Source: Magnetospira sp.
Lineage (GTDB): Bacteria > Pseudomonadota > Alphaproteobacteria > Rhodospirillales > Magnetospiraceae
Length of the DNA: 28,453 nucleotides
NCBI GenBank assembly: GCA_028277325.1
Contig: JANQGL010000067.1
Coordinates: 1 to 28,453, forward strand
Reading direction: 5' to 3'
The position numbers were made by a program, and so were the translations under genes. Below the pieces are notes generated by a model, which did not search any database, was not told the origin of the DNA, and worked only from the letters and a program-made list of their open reading frames with translations. Positions 16,526-28,453 of the stretch are shown one piece after another. Within the stretch, counting starts at the first letter, position 1, and every line of letters begins with the position of its first letter.

Positions 16526-17305
16526 GTCATTGAGGGCGTTGAGCTGCCCTTGCTGAACGATCCACTTGAGTTCCTCCTTGATGATTTCCACGTGCGGGCT
16601 GTCCCCGGACCGCAGCACCTCGGAGATCACGTGGCATCGGGTGGCCGTCGGAAGGCGGTCGAAATTCTCCAGGAACAGGAACTTGATGCCCGGGCGGATG
16701 GTCGGTGACAGCAGCAGACTGGCGACCAGCTTGCGCCGCACGTCGTGGCGCAGGTTGCCCGCCTCGGTCAACTCGAAGAACTCGCGCACGAACTGACGCG
16801 GCGCGATCGCCCCGTCGAGCAGCGCCTGCAGATTGTGGCGCAACGCGGTGGTGTACTGCTTGCGGGTCTGCACGATGACCTTCGAGGCGTGGCGGCGCAC
16901 CGCCGCGATCGCCCCGGGGTTGAAAGCGTTCTCGGTGATCAGGTCGACGCAGTTGGAGACCGTGGAATGGCGGCTGGTCTCGCCGACCAGGCGCAGCACG
17001 CCGTTGACCAGCTTGACGTCGCGGGCCAGCGGGCCGAGGCGCGCCGTGGCGGCGACGGCCATCGGCGATTCCGGATCGCGGGTCGCCATCATGGCCAGCG
17101 GCAGCGGGTCTTCGAGGCCGTTGAGGTCGAGTTGATCGTTGAGCAGGAACTCGGGCATCAGGATGCGGTCTTCCTCGCCCGGCAGACAGAGCGGCTGTCC
17201 GGTGCGGTAGCGCTGCTTGATCTCGCCGGCCAGCTTCACGCTGTCCGGTGAAATCCCCAGCGCGTCGTCCCCCGTTTGTCGCTTGATGCCGCTGCTGGCC
17301 GCCAT
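16523..17305 (-). CDS. Hypothetical protein (about 260 aa), predicted alpha-helical
   Basis: Long ORF with host-like codon usage and a protein-like composition. Start placed at MAASSGIK (17305), downstream of a candidate promoter; the track's start at 17392 would overlap that promoter. Confidence 0.75.
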   Translation of the reverse strand: MAASSGIKRQTGDDALGISPDSVKLAGEIKQRYRTGQPLCLPGEEDRILMPEFLLNDQLDLNGLEDPLPLAMMATRDPESPMAVAATARLGPLARDVKLVNGVLRLVGETSRHSTVSNCVDLITENAFNPGAIAAVRRHASKVIVQTRKQYTTALRHNLQALLDGAIAPRQFVREFFELTEAGNLRHDVRRKLVASLLLSPTIRPGIKFLFLENFDRLPTATRCHVISEVLRSGDSPHVEIIKEELKWIVQQGQLNALND

Positions 17306-17390
17306 GCGTCGCCCGCCGTTCCCATCGGGTTGCGTGCCGGCGTCCAGGAAACGCGCACGCCGAGACATCCGGAACGATGCCGGATCAATC

Positions 17391-17420
17391 ATTGTGGCGA
17401 CGGGGTTAACAAACTGTCAA
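17391..17420 (-). promoter_or_regulatory. Candidate sigma70 promoter overlapped by a CtrA-like box
   Basis: Minus strand TTGACA-N18-CACAAT; plus strand TTAA-N7-TCAA (17406-17420), a 7/8 match to TTAA-N7-TTAA. Confidence 0.45.
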
Positions 17421-17453
17421 GCGGAGTCGCGCCGGGCGCCGACGGCGGGCGAT

Positions 17454-18323
17454 TTATTCCTTGGCCGATCCGCGCGCGTCGATGAACCGGTAGGGATGCG
17501 CCGGATAGACCCCGAGGATCTTGACCTCGTGGGAAAAGAACTCCAGTTCCTCGAGCGCCAGCCGCAGGTCGCGGTTCTCGGGATGGCCTTCGACGTCGGA
17601 ATAGAACTGGGTGGCGTGGAACACCCCGTTCAGCATGTAGCTTTCCAGCTTGGTCATGTTGATGCCGTTGGTGGCGAAGCCGCCGAGCGCCTTGTAGAGG
17701 GCGGCGGGCACGTTGCGGACCCGGAACACGAAGGTGGTGATGATCCGCCCCGCCTTGGGATGCGGCACGATCGGCTGGCGCGCCATCAGCAGGAACCGCG
17801 TGGTGTTGTGGGCGGCGTCCTCGATGTCGGCCCGCAGCGACGCCAGGCCGTTCAGCTCGCCGGCCAGCTCCGACGCGATGACGGCCCGCGAGCGGTCGCC
17901 GGACTCCGCCAGTTCGGCCGCCGCGCCGGCGGTGTCGACCCGGACCACCGGCTTGAGGCCCAGCTCGGCGATCAGGCCGCGGCACTGGCCCAGGGCGTGA
18001 ATGTGCGAATGCACTTCCGCCAGATCCTCGATGCGCGCCCCGGGAACGGCCAGCAGGTGATGGTTCACCCGCTGGAAATGCTCGCCGATGATGTGCAGGC
18101 CGGAGTCCGGCAGCAGGTGATGGATGTCCGCCACCCGTCCGGCGACCGAGTTTTCGACCGGAATCATCGCCAGCATCGCCTGGTCGTCGCGCGCCGCCTG
18201 GAAAGCGTCCTCGAACGACCGGCAGGGCAGCGTGGTCATCTCCGGGCGGACGTGGCGGCAGGCGAGGTCGGAATAGGCGCCGGGGGCACCCTGGAAGGCG
18301 ATGGTCTTCGACGGATCGGGCAT
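17454..18323 (-). CDS. pheA: Prephenate dehydratase with ACT domain
   Basis: IAFQGAPGAYSDLA, IPVENSVAGRV, SHIHALGQC, IEDAAHNTTRF, FRVRNVPAALYKALGGFATNGINMTKLESY. Confidence 0.96.
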   Translation of the reverse strand: MPDPSKTIAFQGAPGAYSDLACRHVRPEMTTLPCRSFEDAFQAARDDQAMLAMIPVENSVAGRVADIHHLLPDSGLHIIGEHFQRVNHHLLAVPGARIEDLAEVHSHIHALGQCRGLIAELGLKPVVRVDTAGAAAELAESGDRSRAVIASELAGELNGLASLRADIEDAAHNTTRFLLMARQPIVPHPKAGRIITTFVFRVRNVPAALYKALGGFATNGINMTKLESYMLNGVFHATQFYSDVEGHPENRDLRLALEELEFFSHEVKILGVYPAHPYRFIDARGSAKE

Positions 18324-18336
18324 CGGGCGGGGTTCC

Positions 18337-19086
18337 TCAGCGGCGGGCCAGCAGGGTGCGGGCCCGCTCCAGGTCGGCCGGAGTATCGACACCCAGGGGC
18401 AGCGTGTCAACGCGCGCCGCGGCGATCCGCATGCCGTTCTCCAGCGCCCGCAGCTGTTCCAGCCGTTCCCGGCGTTCGAGGACGCCGGGCGGCAGGCCGA
18501 CGAACCGGGCCAGGGCCTCGCGCCGCCAGGCGTAGAGCCCCACGTGGTGATACAGGTCGCCGTCGCCCCACGGCACCGCGGCGCGGCTGAAGTACAGGGC
18601 CGGGGCCGAGGTCGCGCCACCCGGAAACCCGACCACCGCCTTGACCGCGTTGGGATTGGTCCGTTCCTCCGGGTCGCGGATCGGCACCACCGGGGTCGCC
18701 AGGTCGCAGTCCGGATGCGCGGCCAGGGCGTCCAGGGTGCGTCGCAGGACCGCCGGATCGAGGGTCGGCAGGTCGCCCTGGACGTTGATCACCACGTCGT
18801 GGCGGGCCGCCGCGTCGACCAGACTCAGGGCCTCGAAGACGCGGTCCGACCCCGACGGATGGTCGGGCGTGGTGAGCACCGCATGGCCGCCGGCGCCGCG
18901 CACCGCGGCGGCGATCTCGGCCTCCGCGCAGGCCACCACGACCGGGCCCAGGCCGGCCTCGCGGGCCCGTTCGAGCACATGCGCGATCATCGGACTCCCG
19001 TGAATGTCGGCCAGCGGCTTGCCGGGCAGGCGGGTCGAGGCCATGCGCGCGGGGATCATCAGGATCGGACGAAACGGGTCGGTCAT
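18337..19086 (-). CDS. kdsB: 3-deoxy-manno-octulosonate cytidylyltransferase (CMP-Kdo synthetase)
   Basis: IPARMASTRLPGKPL, HPSGSDR, INVQGDLP, NPNAVK, ALYFSRA, HVGLYAWR, ERLEQLRALENG, GVDTPADLE. Confidence 0.96.
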   Translation of the reverse strand: MTDPFRPILMIPARMASTRLPGKPLADIHGSPMIAHVLERAREAGLGPVVVACAEAEIAAAVRGAGGHAVLTTPDHPSGSDRVFEALSLVDAAARHDVVINVQGDLPTLDPAVLRRTLDALAAHPDCDLATPVVPIRDPEERTNPNAVKAVVGFPGGATSAPALYFSRAAVPWGDGDLYHHVGLYAWRREALARFVGLPPGVLERRERLEQLRALENGMRIAAARVDTLPLGVDTPADLERARTLLARR

Positions 19087-19238
19087 CGGCGCCCTCCCAC
19101 GGACACGGCCTCGGCGGTGGCCCGCCTCGGCGTCCGGCTGGTCTCGGAAAAGGGTTTTGCGAGAGGGCCCTGGTTCGATGTACAACAACGCCTCATATGG
19201 GCGCGAGCCATTTTTTGTTGTTTGGAGGGGGTGCGAGA

Positions 19239-19922
19239 ATGGAAACCATGTTGTACCGCGTCGGGGTCGCGGTCGTCGCCGGGGTGTTGGCGCTGGTGTT
19301 CGCCGATTGGGCCGGCGACGGATACCAACGGCGCAAGGCCGATCGAATGGCCGATCCGGCCTCGACCGTGGTCGCCCCGCCGGCCGGGGACCCGGCGGTC
19401 GAGGCGGCGGCGGCACCGGCCGAAGAGGCGGCGCCCGGCGAGGAGGCCGCTCCGGCCGGGGACCCGGCGGTCGAGGTGGCGGCGGCACCGGCCGAAGAGG
19501 CGGCGCCCGGCGAGGAAACCGCACCCGTGGACGAGGCGGCAGCCGCACCGGCGACTCCCGCCGAGCCGCCGGCCGCGGAGGGGCCGGTGGTGGTCGGCGG
19601 CGTCACCGGCGATCCGGCGCGCGGCGCGAGAATCTTCGGCCAATGCGCGGCCTGCCACTACGTGGACGACACCGGGCGCCACAAGTACGGTCCGAACCTG
19701 AAGGGGGTGGTCGGATCGAAGGTCGCCGCGATGACCGGCTATCGGTATTCGAAGGCGATGCAGGCCAAGGATGGCCGGTGGACCATCGAGACCCTCGCCG
19801 CCTACCTGGCCGATCCGCGCGGCGTGGTGACGGGCACCAAGATGGTGTTCAGCGGCCTGAAGGACCCGCAGGACCGGGCCGACATCATCGCCTACCTGAC
19901 GCAAGCGGACGCCGCCCGGTGA
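19239..19922 (+). CDS. Membrane-anchored class I cytochrome c (cy/cM-type) with an acidic Ala/Pro linker
   Basis: N-terminal TM helix, low-complexity linker, GDPARGARIFGQCAACH, GPNLKGVVG, YSKAM, L..YLADP, TKMVFSGLK. Divergent from kdsB-pheA, as for cycM in many Alphaproteobacteria. Confidence 0.92.
   Translation: METMLYRVGVAVVAGVLALVFADWAGDGYQRRKADRMADPASTVVAPPAGDPAVEAAAAPAEEAAPGEEAAPAGDPAVEVAAAPAEEAAPGEETAPVDEAAAAPATPAEPPAAEGPVVVGGVTGDPARGARIFGQCAACHYVDDTGRHKYGPNLKGVVGSKVAAMTGYRYSKAMQAKDGRWTIETLAAYLADPRGVVTGTKMVFSGLKDPQDRADIIAYLTQADAAR
19380..19523 (+). repeat. Two tandem 72-bp repeats encoding a 24-aa linker unit
   Basis: PAGDPAVEAAAAPAEEAAPGEEAA / PAGDPAVEVAAAPAEEAAPGEETA; nucleotide copies start at 19380 and 19452 and are nearly identical. 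Confidence 0.9.
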
Positions 19923-20701
19923 CCGGGGCCTGTCCCGGACCGCTGATCGACCTTGCCGCGCGGGCGGCGGACGCGGCCGGCGCCGTCGTGCGCGGCTATT
20001 TCCGCCGTCCCGTCGGGATCGAGGACAAGCCGGACGACAGCCCGGTCACGGTGGCCGATCGCGAAGCCGAAACGGCGATCCGCCGGCTGCTGGACGTCGA
20101 GGTGCCGGAACACGGCGTTTTCGGCGAGGAGCACGGGACGCACGGCCTCGATCGCGACTACGTGTGGGTGCTCGATCCCATCGACGGCACCCGCGCGTTC
20201 ATTTGCGGACAGCCCACGTTCTGCATCCTGATCGCCCTGGCGCATCGTGGCCGGCCGGTGCTCGGGGTGGTCGACCAGCCGATCGCCGGCGAGCGGTGGA
20301 TCGGCGCGGTCGGTCACGGGGCGACCCTGAACGGCCGGCCGGTGCGGACCCGCGACTGCGACACCCTGCGGCGGGCGATCCTGCACACCACCGATCCGGC
20401 GCTGATCCCGCCGCCGCATCGGGCCGCCTATGACCGCCTGGAAGGCACCGTGGGGATGCACCGTTACGGCATCGACTGTTACGCCTATGCCCTGGTCGCC
20501 AGCGGCCACGTGGATCTGGTCTGCGAGGCGGACCTGAAACCCTACGATTACATGGCGCCGGCGGCGGTGGTCGAGAACGCCGGCGGCACCGTGACCGACT
20601 GGGACGGCCGGCCGCTCGCCCTCGGCGGCGACGGGCGGGTGCTCGCGGCCGGCAACGCGCCATTGCACGCGGCGGCGCTGGGCGTGTTAAATCGTTCCTG
20701 A
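19919..20701 (+). CDS. hisN: Histidinol-phosphate phosphatase, inositol monophosphatase family
   Basis: SPVTVADREAETAIR, HGVFGEEHG, WVLDPIDGTRAF, DCYAYALVASG, LKPYDY. GTG start overlaps the cytochrome stop (GTGA). Confidence 0.88.
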   Translation: MTGACPGPLIDLAARAADAAGAVVRGYFRRPVGIEDKPDDSPVTVADREAETAIRRLLDVEVPEHGVFGEEHGTHGLDRDYVWVLDPIDGTRAFICGQPTFCILIALAHRGRPVLGVVDQPIAGERWIGAVGHGATLNGRPVRTRDCDTLRRAILHTTDPALIPPPHRAAYDRLEGTVGMHRYGIDCYAYALVASGHVDLVCEADLKPYDYMAPAAVVENAGGTVTDWDGRPLALGGDGRVLAAGNAPLHAAALGVLNRS

Positions 20702-20965
20702 ATCGCATCTTTAAATGACATTAGAAACCCGCTAAAATCGGCCTCCCTCTTTCCGGGCACCGGCCAGGGCCTGTCGGCAATTCGGGTGGCGCCGTGGTTG
20801 CAGCGAGACGGTTGCGAGGCCAAAAGCGAGGACGATGGACATGCCGGGCATATTCGAGGACGAGCGACGCCGCCTCGCGGCCGTTGCGCCCAATCCCTCC
20901 GGGACGGGTCGCGTTGTCCCGCCACGGCGTCATCCGAATTGTCAGCAGGCCCCGGCAGGGACGTG

Positions 20966-22288
20966 ATGGACGCCACCGGAACCGCGGATGATCGTTGCGC
21001 ATTCGATCTTGCGTCCGGGCATTTTTTGCAGGCCGTCGAGTTCAGCAGCAACCTGATCGCGGTCTGCCGGGACGACCGTATCATCTATATCAACCGGGCG
21101 GGCTGCCGGCTGCTCGGCGCCGCCGGTCCCGGCTGCGTTTCCGGCGACCGGTTCTCCGGTTTTCTCGGCCCGGAATACGCCGCCCTGATGCGCGAGAGCA
21201 TGACGCCGTTCGCCGAGGACCCGGCGGGTACGCCGATACGGCTTTATACGCTCGACGATCGGACCCGCGACGTGGTGCTCAAGGTGGCCCGGCTGGACGG
21301 CACCCCGGAGCATTTTCTCCTCGAGGCGCGCGACATCACCGATCACCTGAGGATCGCCCACGGAAGCGAGCGTCAGCATCGGATCCTGGAACGGATCTTT
21401 CATTTCCTGCCGGAGGGCGTGATCTCGATCGACGAGACCGGACATATCCTCAGCCTCAATCCCGCCGCCGAGCGCCTGTTCGGCTGCCGGGCCAGCGAGG
21501 TGATCGGGCAATCGATCGACATGTTCATGCCGCCCCGCCTGCGGATCAGCCACGCCAAAGCGATCGCCAGCTACCGTAGGCGCGGGCATTCCGATCTGGT
21601 CGACAACACCCGCGACCTGCCGGCGATCCGTCGCGACGGCACGCCGTTCACGGTCGAGTTGCGGGTGACGGAGGTGCCCGACGGCGAGCACCGGCGGTTC
21701 ATCGCCACCGCCCGCGACGTCACCGAACAGCGGCTCGACGAGCGGCGCATGAGATACCTGGCGGCGCATGATTCGTTGACCGGACTGCCCAACCGCGCGC
21801 TGCTCGAGGAACGTCTGGCGCGGGCGGTGACGCGGACCGTCCGGCGGGGCGACGTGGTGGCCCTCTATTTCCTGGACCTGGACCATTTCAAGCCGATCAA
21901 CGATCGCATGGGCCACGAGGCCGGCGACGAGGTGCTGCGCACGATCGCCCGGCGGCTGACCGAGACGGTGCGCGCGATGGACACCGTGGCGCGGATCGGC
22001 GGCGACGAGTTCGTGGTCCTGATCGAGCAGCTGAACGATGCCGCCTGGGCGGCCAAGGTGGCGCGCAAGATGCTCGACGAGGTGCTCAAGCCGATCATGA
22101 TCAACGATCGCGAGGTCCGTCTCGGGGCCAGCATCGGGATCAGCCTGTATCCGCATCACGGCACCGACTGCGAGGTCCTGTTGCGGCGGGCCGACGCCGC
22201 CATGTACCGGGTCAAGGGCAGCGGGCGCAACGCCTACGCCTTCTTCGAGCCCAGCTTCGAGCAGCCGGTCGACGCCGTGGCGCCTTGA
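20966..22288 (+). CDS. PAS-PAS-GGDEF diguanylate cyclase
   Basis: Two PAS domains; HDSLTGLPNR, DLDHFKPINDRMGHEAGD, RAMD I-site five residues before an intact GGDEF, SIGISLYP, ADAAMYRVK. Start uncertain (20966 or 20786). Confidence 0.92.
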   Translation: MDATGTADDRCAFDLASGHFLQAVEFSSNLIAVCRDDRIIYINRAGCRLLGAAGPGCVSGDRFSGFLGPEYAALMRESMTPFAEDPAGTPIRLYTLDDRTRDVVLKVARLDGTPEHFLLEARDITDHLRIAHGSERQHRILERIFHFLPEGVISIDETGHILSLNPAAERLFGCRASEVIGQSIDMFMPPRLRISHAKAIASYRRRGHSDLVDNTRDLPAIRRDGTPFTVELRVTEVPDGEHRRFIATARDVTEQRLDERRMRYLAAHDSLTGLPNRALLEERLARAVTRTVRRGDVVALYFLDLDHFKPINDRMGHEAGDEVLRTIARRLTETVRAMDTVARIGGDEFVVLIEQLNDAAWAAKVARKMLDEVLKPIMINDREVRLGASIGISLYPHHGTDCEVLLRRADAAMYRVKGSGRNAYAFFEPSFEQPVDAVAP

Positions 22289-22352
22289 TCGCGCCGCCTT
22301 GGGCGGTCAAACTCGCGCCCTGTCGCGATCCCAATCACGAAGGAGTCTTCCG

Positions 22353-24158
22353 ATGCGTCTGGTTGCCGTCGCCGTCGTCCTGCTGATCGTCGCCGCGGCC
22401 GCGCGCGCCGAGGAGCCGCAATGGGTGCACGCCATCGCCATGCACGGCACGCCGAAATACGGCCCCGGCTTCGCCCATTTCGACTACGTCAATCCGGACG
22501 CGCCGAAAGGCGGCAAGGTGACGCTCGGCGCCATCGGCGGGTTCGACAGCCTCAACCCGTTCATCGCCCGGGGCGAGCCGGCGGACGGCACCGGCGGCCT
22601 CTACGATACCCTGACCGTCGCCGCCCGGGACGAGCCGTTCACCCGCTACGGCCTGCTGGCCGAGGCGATGCGGATGCCCGAGGACCGTGCGTGGATCGAG
22701 TTCCGGCTGCGCCCCGAGGCGCGCTGGCACGACGGTACGCCGATCACCGCCGAGGACGTGGTGTGGACCTTCGACACCCTGATCGGGAAGGGACAGCCGC
22801 TGTACCGGTTCTACTACGCCAACGTGGACCGGGTGACGGCGCTCGACGCGCGGACCGTGCGGTTCGATTTCAAGCCGGGCGAGAACCGCGAGCTGCCGCT
22901 GATCATTTCCGAGATCGCGATCCTGCCGAAGCATTACTGGGCGGACCGGGACTTCGCCGCCACCACCCTGGAGCCGCCGCTCGGCTCCGGCCCGTTCCGG
23001 ATCGTCGACCTGGAGGCCAACCGGTTCATCGAGTACGAGCGGGTGGCCGACTACTGGGGGCGCGACCTGCCGGCCAACGTCGGCCTGAACAACTTCGGCC
23101 GCCTGCGCTACGACTACTACCGCGACAGCACGGTGGCGGTGGAGGCGTTCAAGGCCGGGGCGTTCGATTTCCGAAGCGAGAACAGCTCGGCCACCTGGGC
23201 CAGCGGCTACGACATCCCCGAGGTGGCCGACGGCCGCATCGTCCGGGCGGAGGTGCCGAACCACGAGACGGCCGGCATGCAGGGCTTCGTGTTCAACACC
23301 CGCCGCGCCCTGTTCGAGGACCGGCGGGTGCGCCGGGCGCTGGCCTACGCGTTCGACTTCGAATGGTCCAACCGCAACCTGTTCCACGGCCAGTACACCC
23401 GCACCCGGTCGTATTTCGACAACTCGGACCTGGCCGCCACCGGCCTGCCGTCGGCGGCCGAGCTGGCGATCCTGGAGCCCTACCGGGGCCGCATCCCGGA
23501 CCAGGTCTTCACCACCGAATATCATCCGCCGCGAACCGCCGGCGACGGCCGCATCCTCGGCAACCTGCGGGTCGCCGACCGGCTGCTGAAGGAGGCCGGC
23601 TGGGTGGTCCGCGACAAGAAGCGGGTCCATGCCGGGACCGGGCAACCCTTCGCCTTCGAGATCATGCTGGTCAGCCCGCAGTTCGAGCGCATCGTGCTGC
23701 CGATGGCCAAGAACATGGAGCGCCTGGGCCTCGACGTCCGGGTGCGCACGGTGGACACCGCGCAGTACCTGGAGCGGCTGCGCGGCTTCGATTACGACAT
23801 GATCGTGTTCAACTTCGCCCAGTCCCTGTCGCCGGGCAACGAGCAACGCCTGTTCTGGGGCTCGGCGGCGGCCGACCAGCCGGGCAGCCGCAACTTCATC
23901 GGCATCCGGGATCCGGTGATCGACGAGCTGATCGAGCTGGTGATCGCGGCGCCGACCCGCGAGGACCTGGAGATCCGCTGCCGGGCGCTCGACCGGGTGC
24001 TGCAGTGGGGCCACTACCTGATCCCCAACTTCCACATCACCTACGACCGCCTGATCTACTGGAGCAAGTTCGGCCATCCGCCGCCGACCGAGCTGCGCGG
24101 CGCGGTGTTCGGGGCCTGGTGGGTCGACCCGGACAAGGCGGCGGCGCTGGGGAACTGA
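22353..24158 (+). CDS. ABC transporter peptide-type substrate-binding protein (YejA-like, family 5)
   Basis: Signal peptide, then HAIAMHGTPKY...FAHFDYVNPDAPKGG, FDSLNPFI, PPLGSGP, YERVADYWG, GFVFNTRR, SPGNEQ, LDRVLQWGHY. AAGGAG RBS. Confidence 0.92.
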   Translation: MRLVAVAVVLLIVAAAARAEEPQWVHAIAMHGTPKYGPGFAHFDYVNPDAPKGGKVTLGAIGGFDSLNPFIARGEPADGTGGLYDTLTVAARDEPFTRYGLLAEAMRMPEDRAWIEFRLRPEARWHDGTPITAEDVVWTFDTLIGKGQPLYRFYYANVDRVTALDARTVRFDFKPGENRELPLIISEIAILPKHYWADRDFAATTLEPPLGSGPFRIVDLEANRFIEYERVADYWGRDLPANVGLNNFGRLRYDYYRDSTVAVEAFKAGAFDFRSENSSATWASGYDIPEVADGRIVRAEVPNHETAGMQGFVFNTRRALFEDRRVRRALAYAFDFEWSNRNLFHGQYTRTRSYFDNSDLAATGLPSAAELAILEPYRGRIPDQVFTTEYHPPRTAGDGRILGNLRVADRLLKEAGWVVRDKKRVHAGTGQPFAFEIMLVSPQFERIVLPMAKNMERLGLDVRVRTVDTAQYLERLRGFDYDMIVFNFAQSLSPGNEQRLFWGSAAADQPGSRNFIGIRDPVIDELIELVIAAPTREDLEIRCRALDRVLQWGHYLIPNFHITYDRLIYWSKFGHPPPTELRGAVFGAWWVDPDKAAALGN

Positions 24159-24228
24159 CGCGCGACACCTTGGCCGCGCGGGCGTTGCGAGGACGACGAC
24201 CGGTGTCTCCCCGTGCCGCCCGCCCCGA

Positions 24229-24251
24229 CCCTCTCCCGTCACGGGGGAGGG
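24229..24251. repeat. REP-like hairpin CCCTCTCCC-gtcac-GGGGGAGGG
   Basis: Inverted repeat between convergent genes; resembles the CCCTCTCCC...GGGAGAGGG extragenic palindromes common in Alphaproteobacteria (recalled, not searched). Confidence 0.6.
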
Positions 24252-24282
24252 ATTGGCGCCGCAAGGCGGGGGGACCAGCGCC

Positions 24283-25962
<1,680 letters not shown>

Positions 25963-26053
25963 CGGCGGGTCCTTGTGCGCGCGGTGTCGGGGGGGGGTCC
26001 GGCCCCGAGTTGTACGGCAGGCGGCCGGTCGGGGCAAGGCGGGGATTGGCGCC

Positions 26054-28453
<2,400 letters not shown>

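Noticed and set aside
17454-19548. Long N-terminal extensions of pheA (to 18620) and kdsB (to 19548) in the ORF track
   Set aside because: The extensions overlap neighbouring genes and are low-complexity; family-typical N-termini begin at 18323 and 19086.
20690-20730. CtrA box upstream of the diguanylate cyclase
   Set aside because: The best match is TTAA-N6-TTAG, with wrong spacing and a mismatch.

Overview
GC-rich alphaproteobacterial chromosomal segment, probably Rhodospirillales-like (inferred from gene content and synteny). It is mostly housekeeping: end of rfbB, rfbD, rfbA; GTP-type PEP carboxykinase; trpB2; DUF1015; pheA-kdsB divergent from a membrane cytochrome c and hisN; a YejA-like ABC substrate-binding protein; ettA; ligA. 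No rRNA, tRNA, CRISPR array, transposase or phage structural gene was recognised. Four items stand out. (1) A CI/LexA-like S24 repressor faces a two-gene operon of unknown function, and one copy of a 16-18 bp palindromic operator abuts each start codon; this looks like a stand-alone phage/GTA-type genetic switch. (2) A 1218-aa soluble protein has the order AmiC/UrtA-like sensor, PAS, heme-type PAS, GGDEF, EAL and a C-terminal BLUF domain. (3) ligA carries two 106-bp, about 86% identical palindromic elements inside its reading frame, in opposite orientations, that encode near-identical 35-aa peptides. (4) trpB2 lies next to a DUF1015 protein with a ParB/Srx-type DGHHR motif, suggesting a possible phosphoserine-fed indole salvage pair. 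A lower-GC two-gene cassette followed by a perfect 26-bp palindrome, and an SqrR/BigR-type regulator behind a structured AT-rich region, also deserve a second look. All calls come from reading motifs by eye; no database searches were run.
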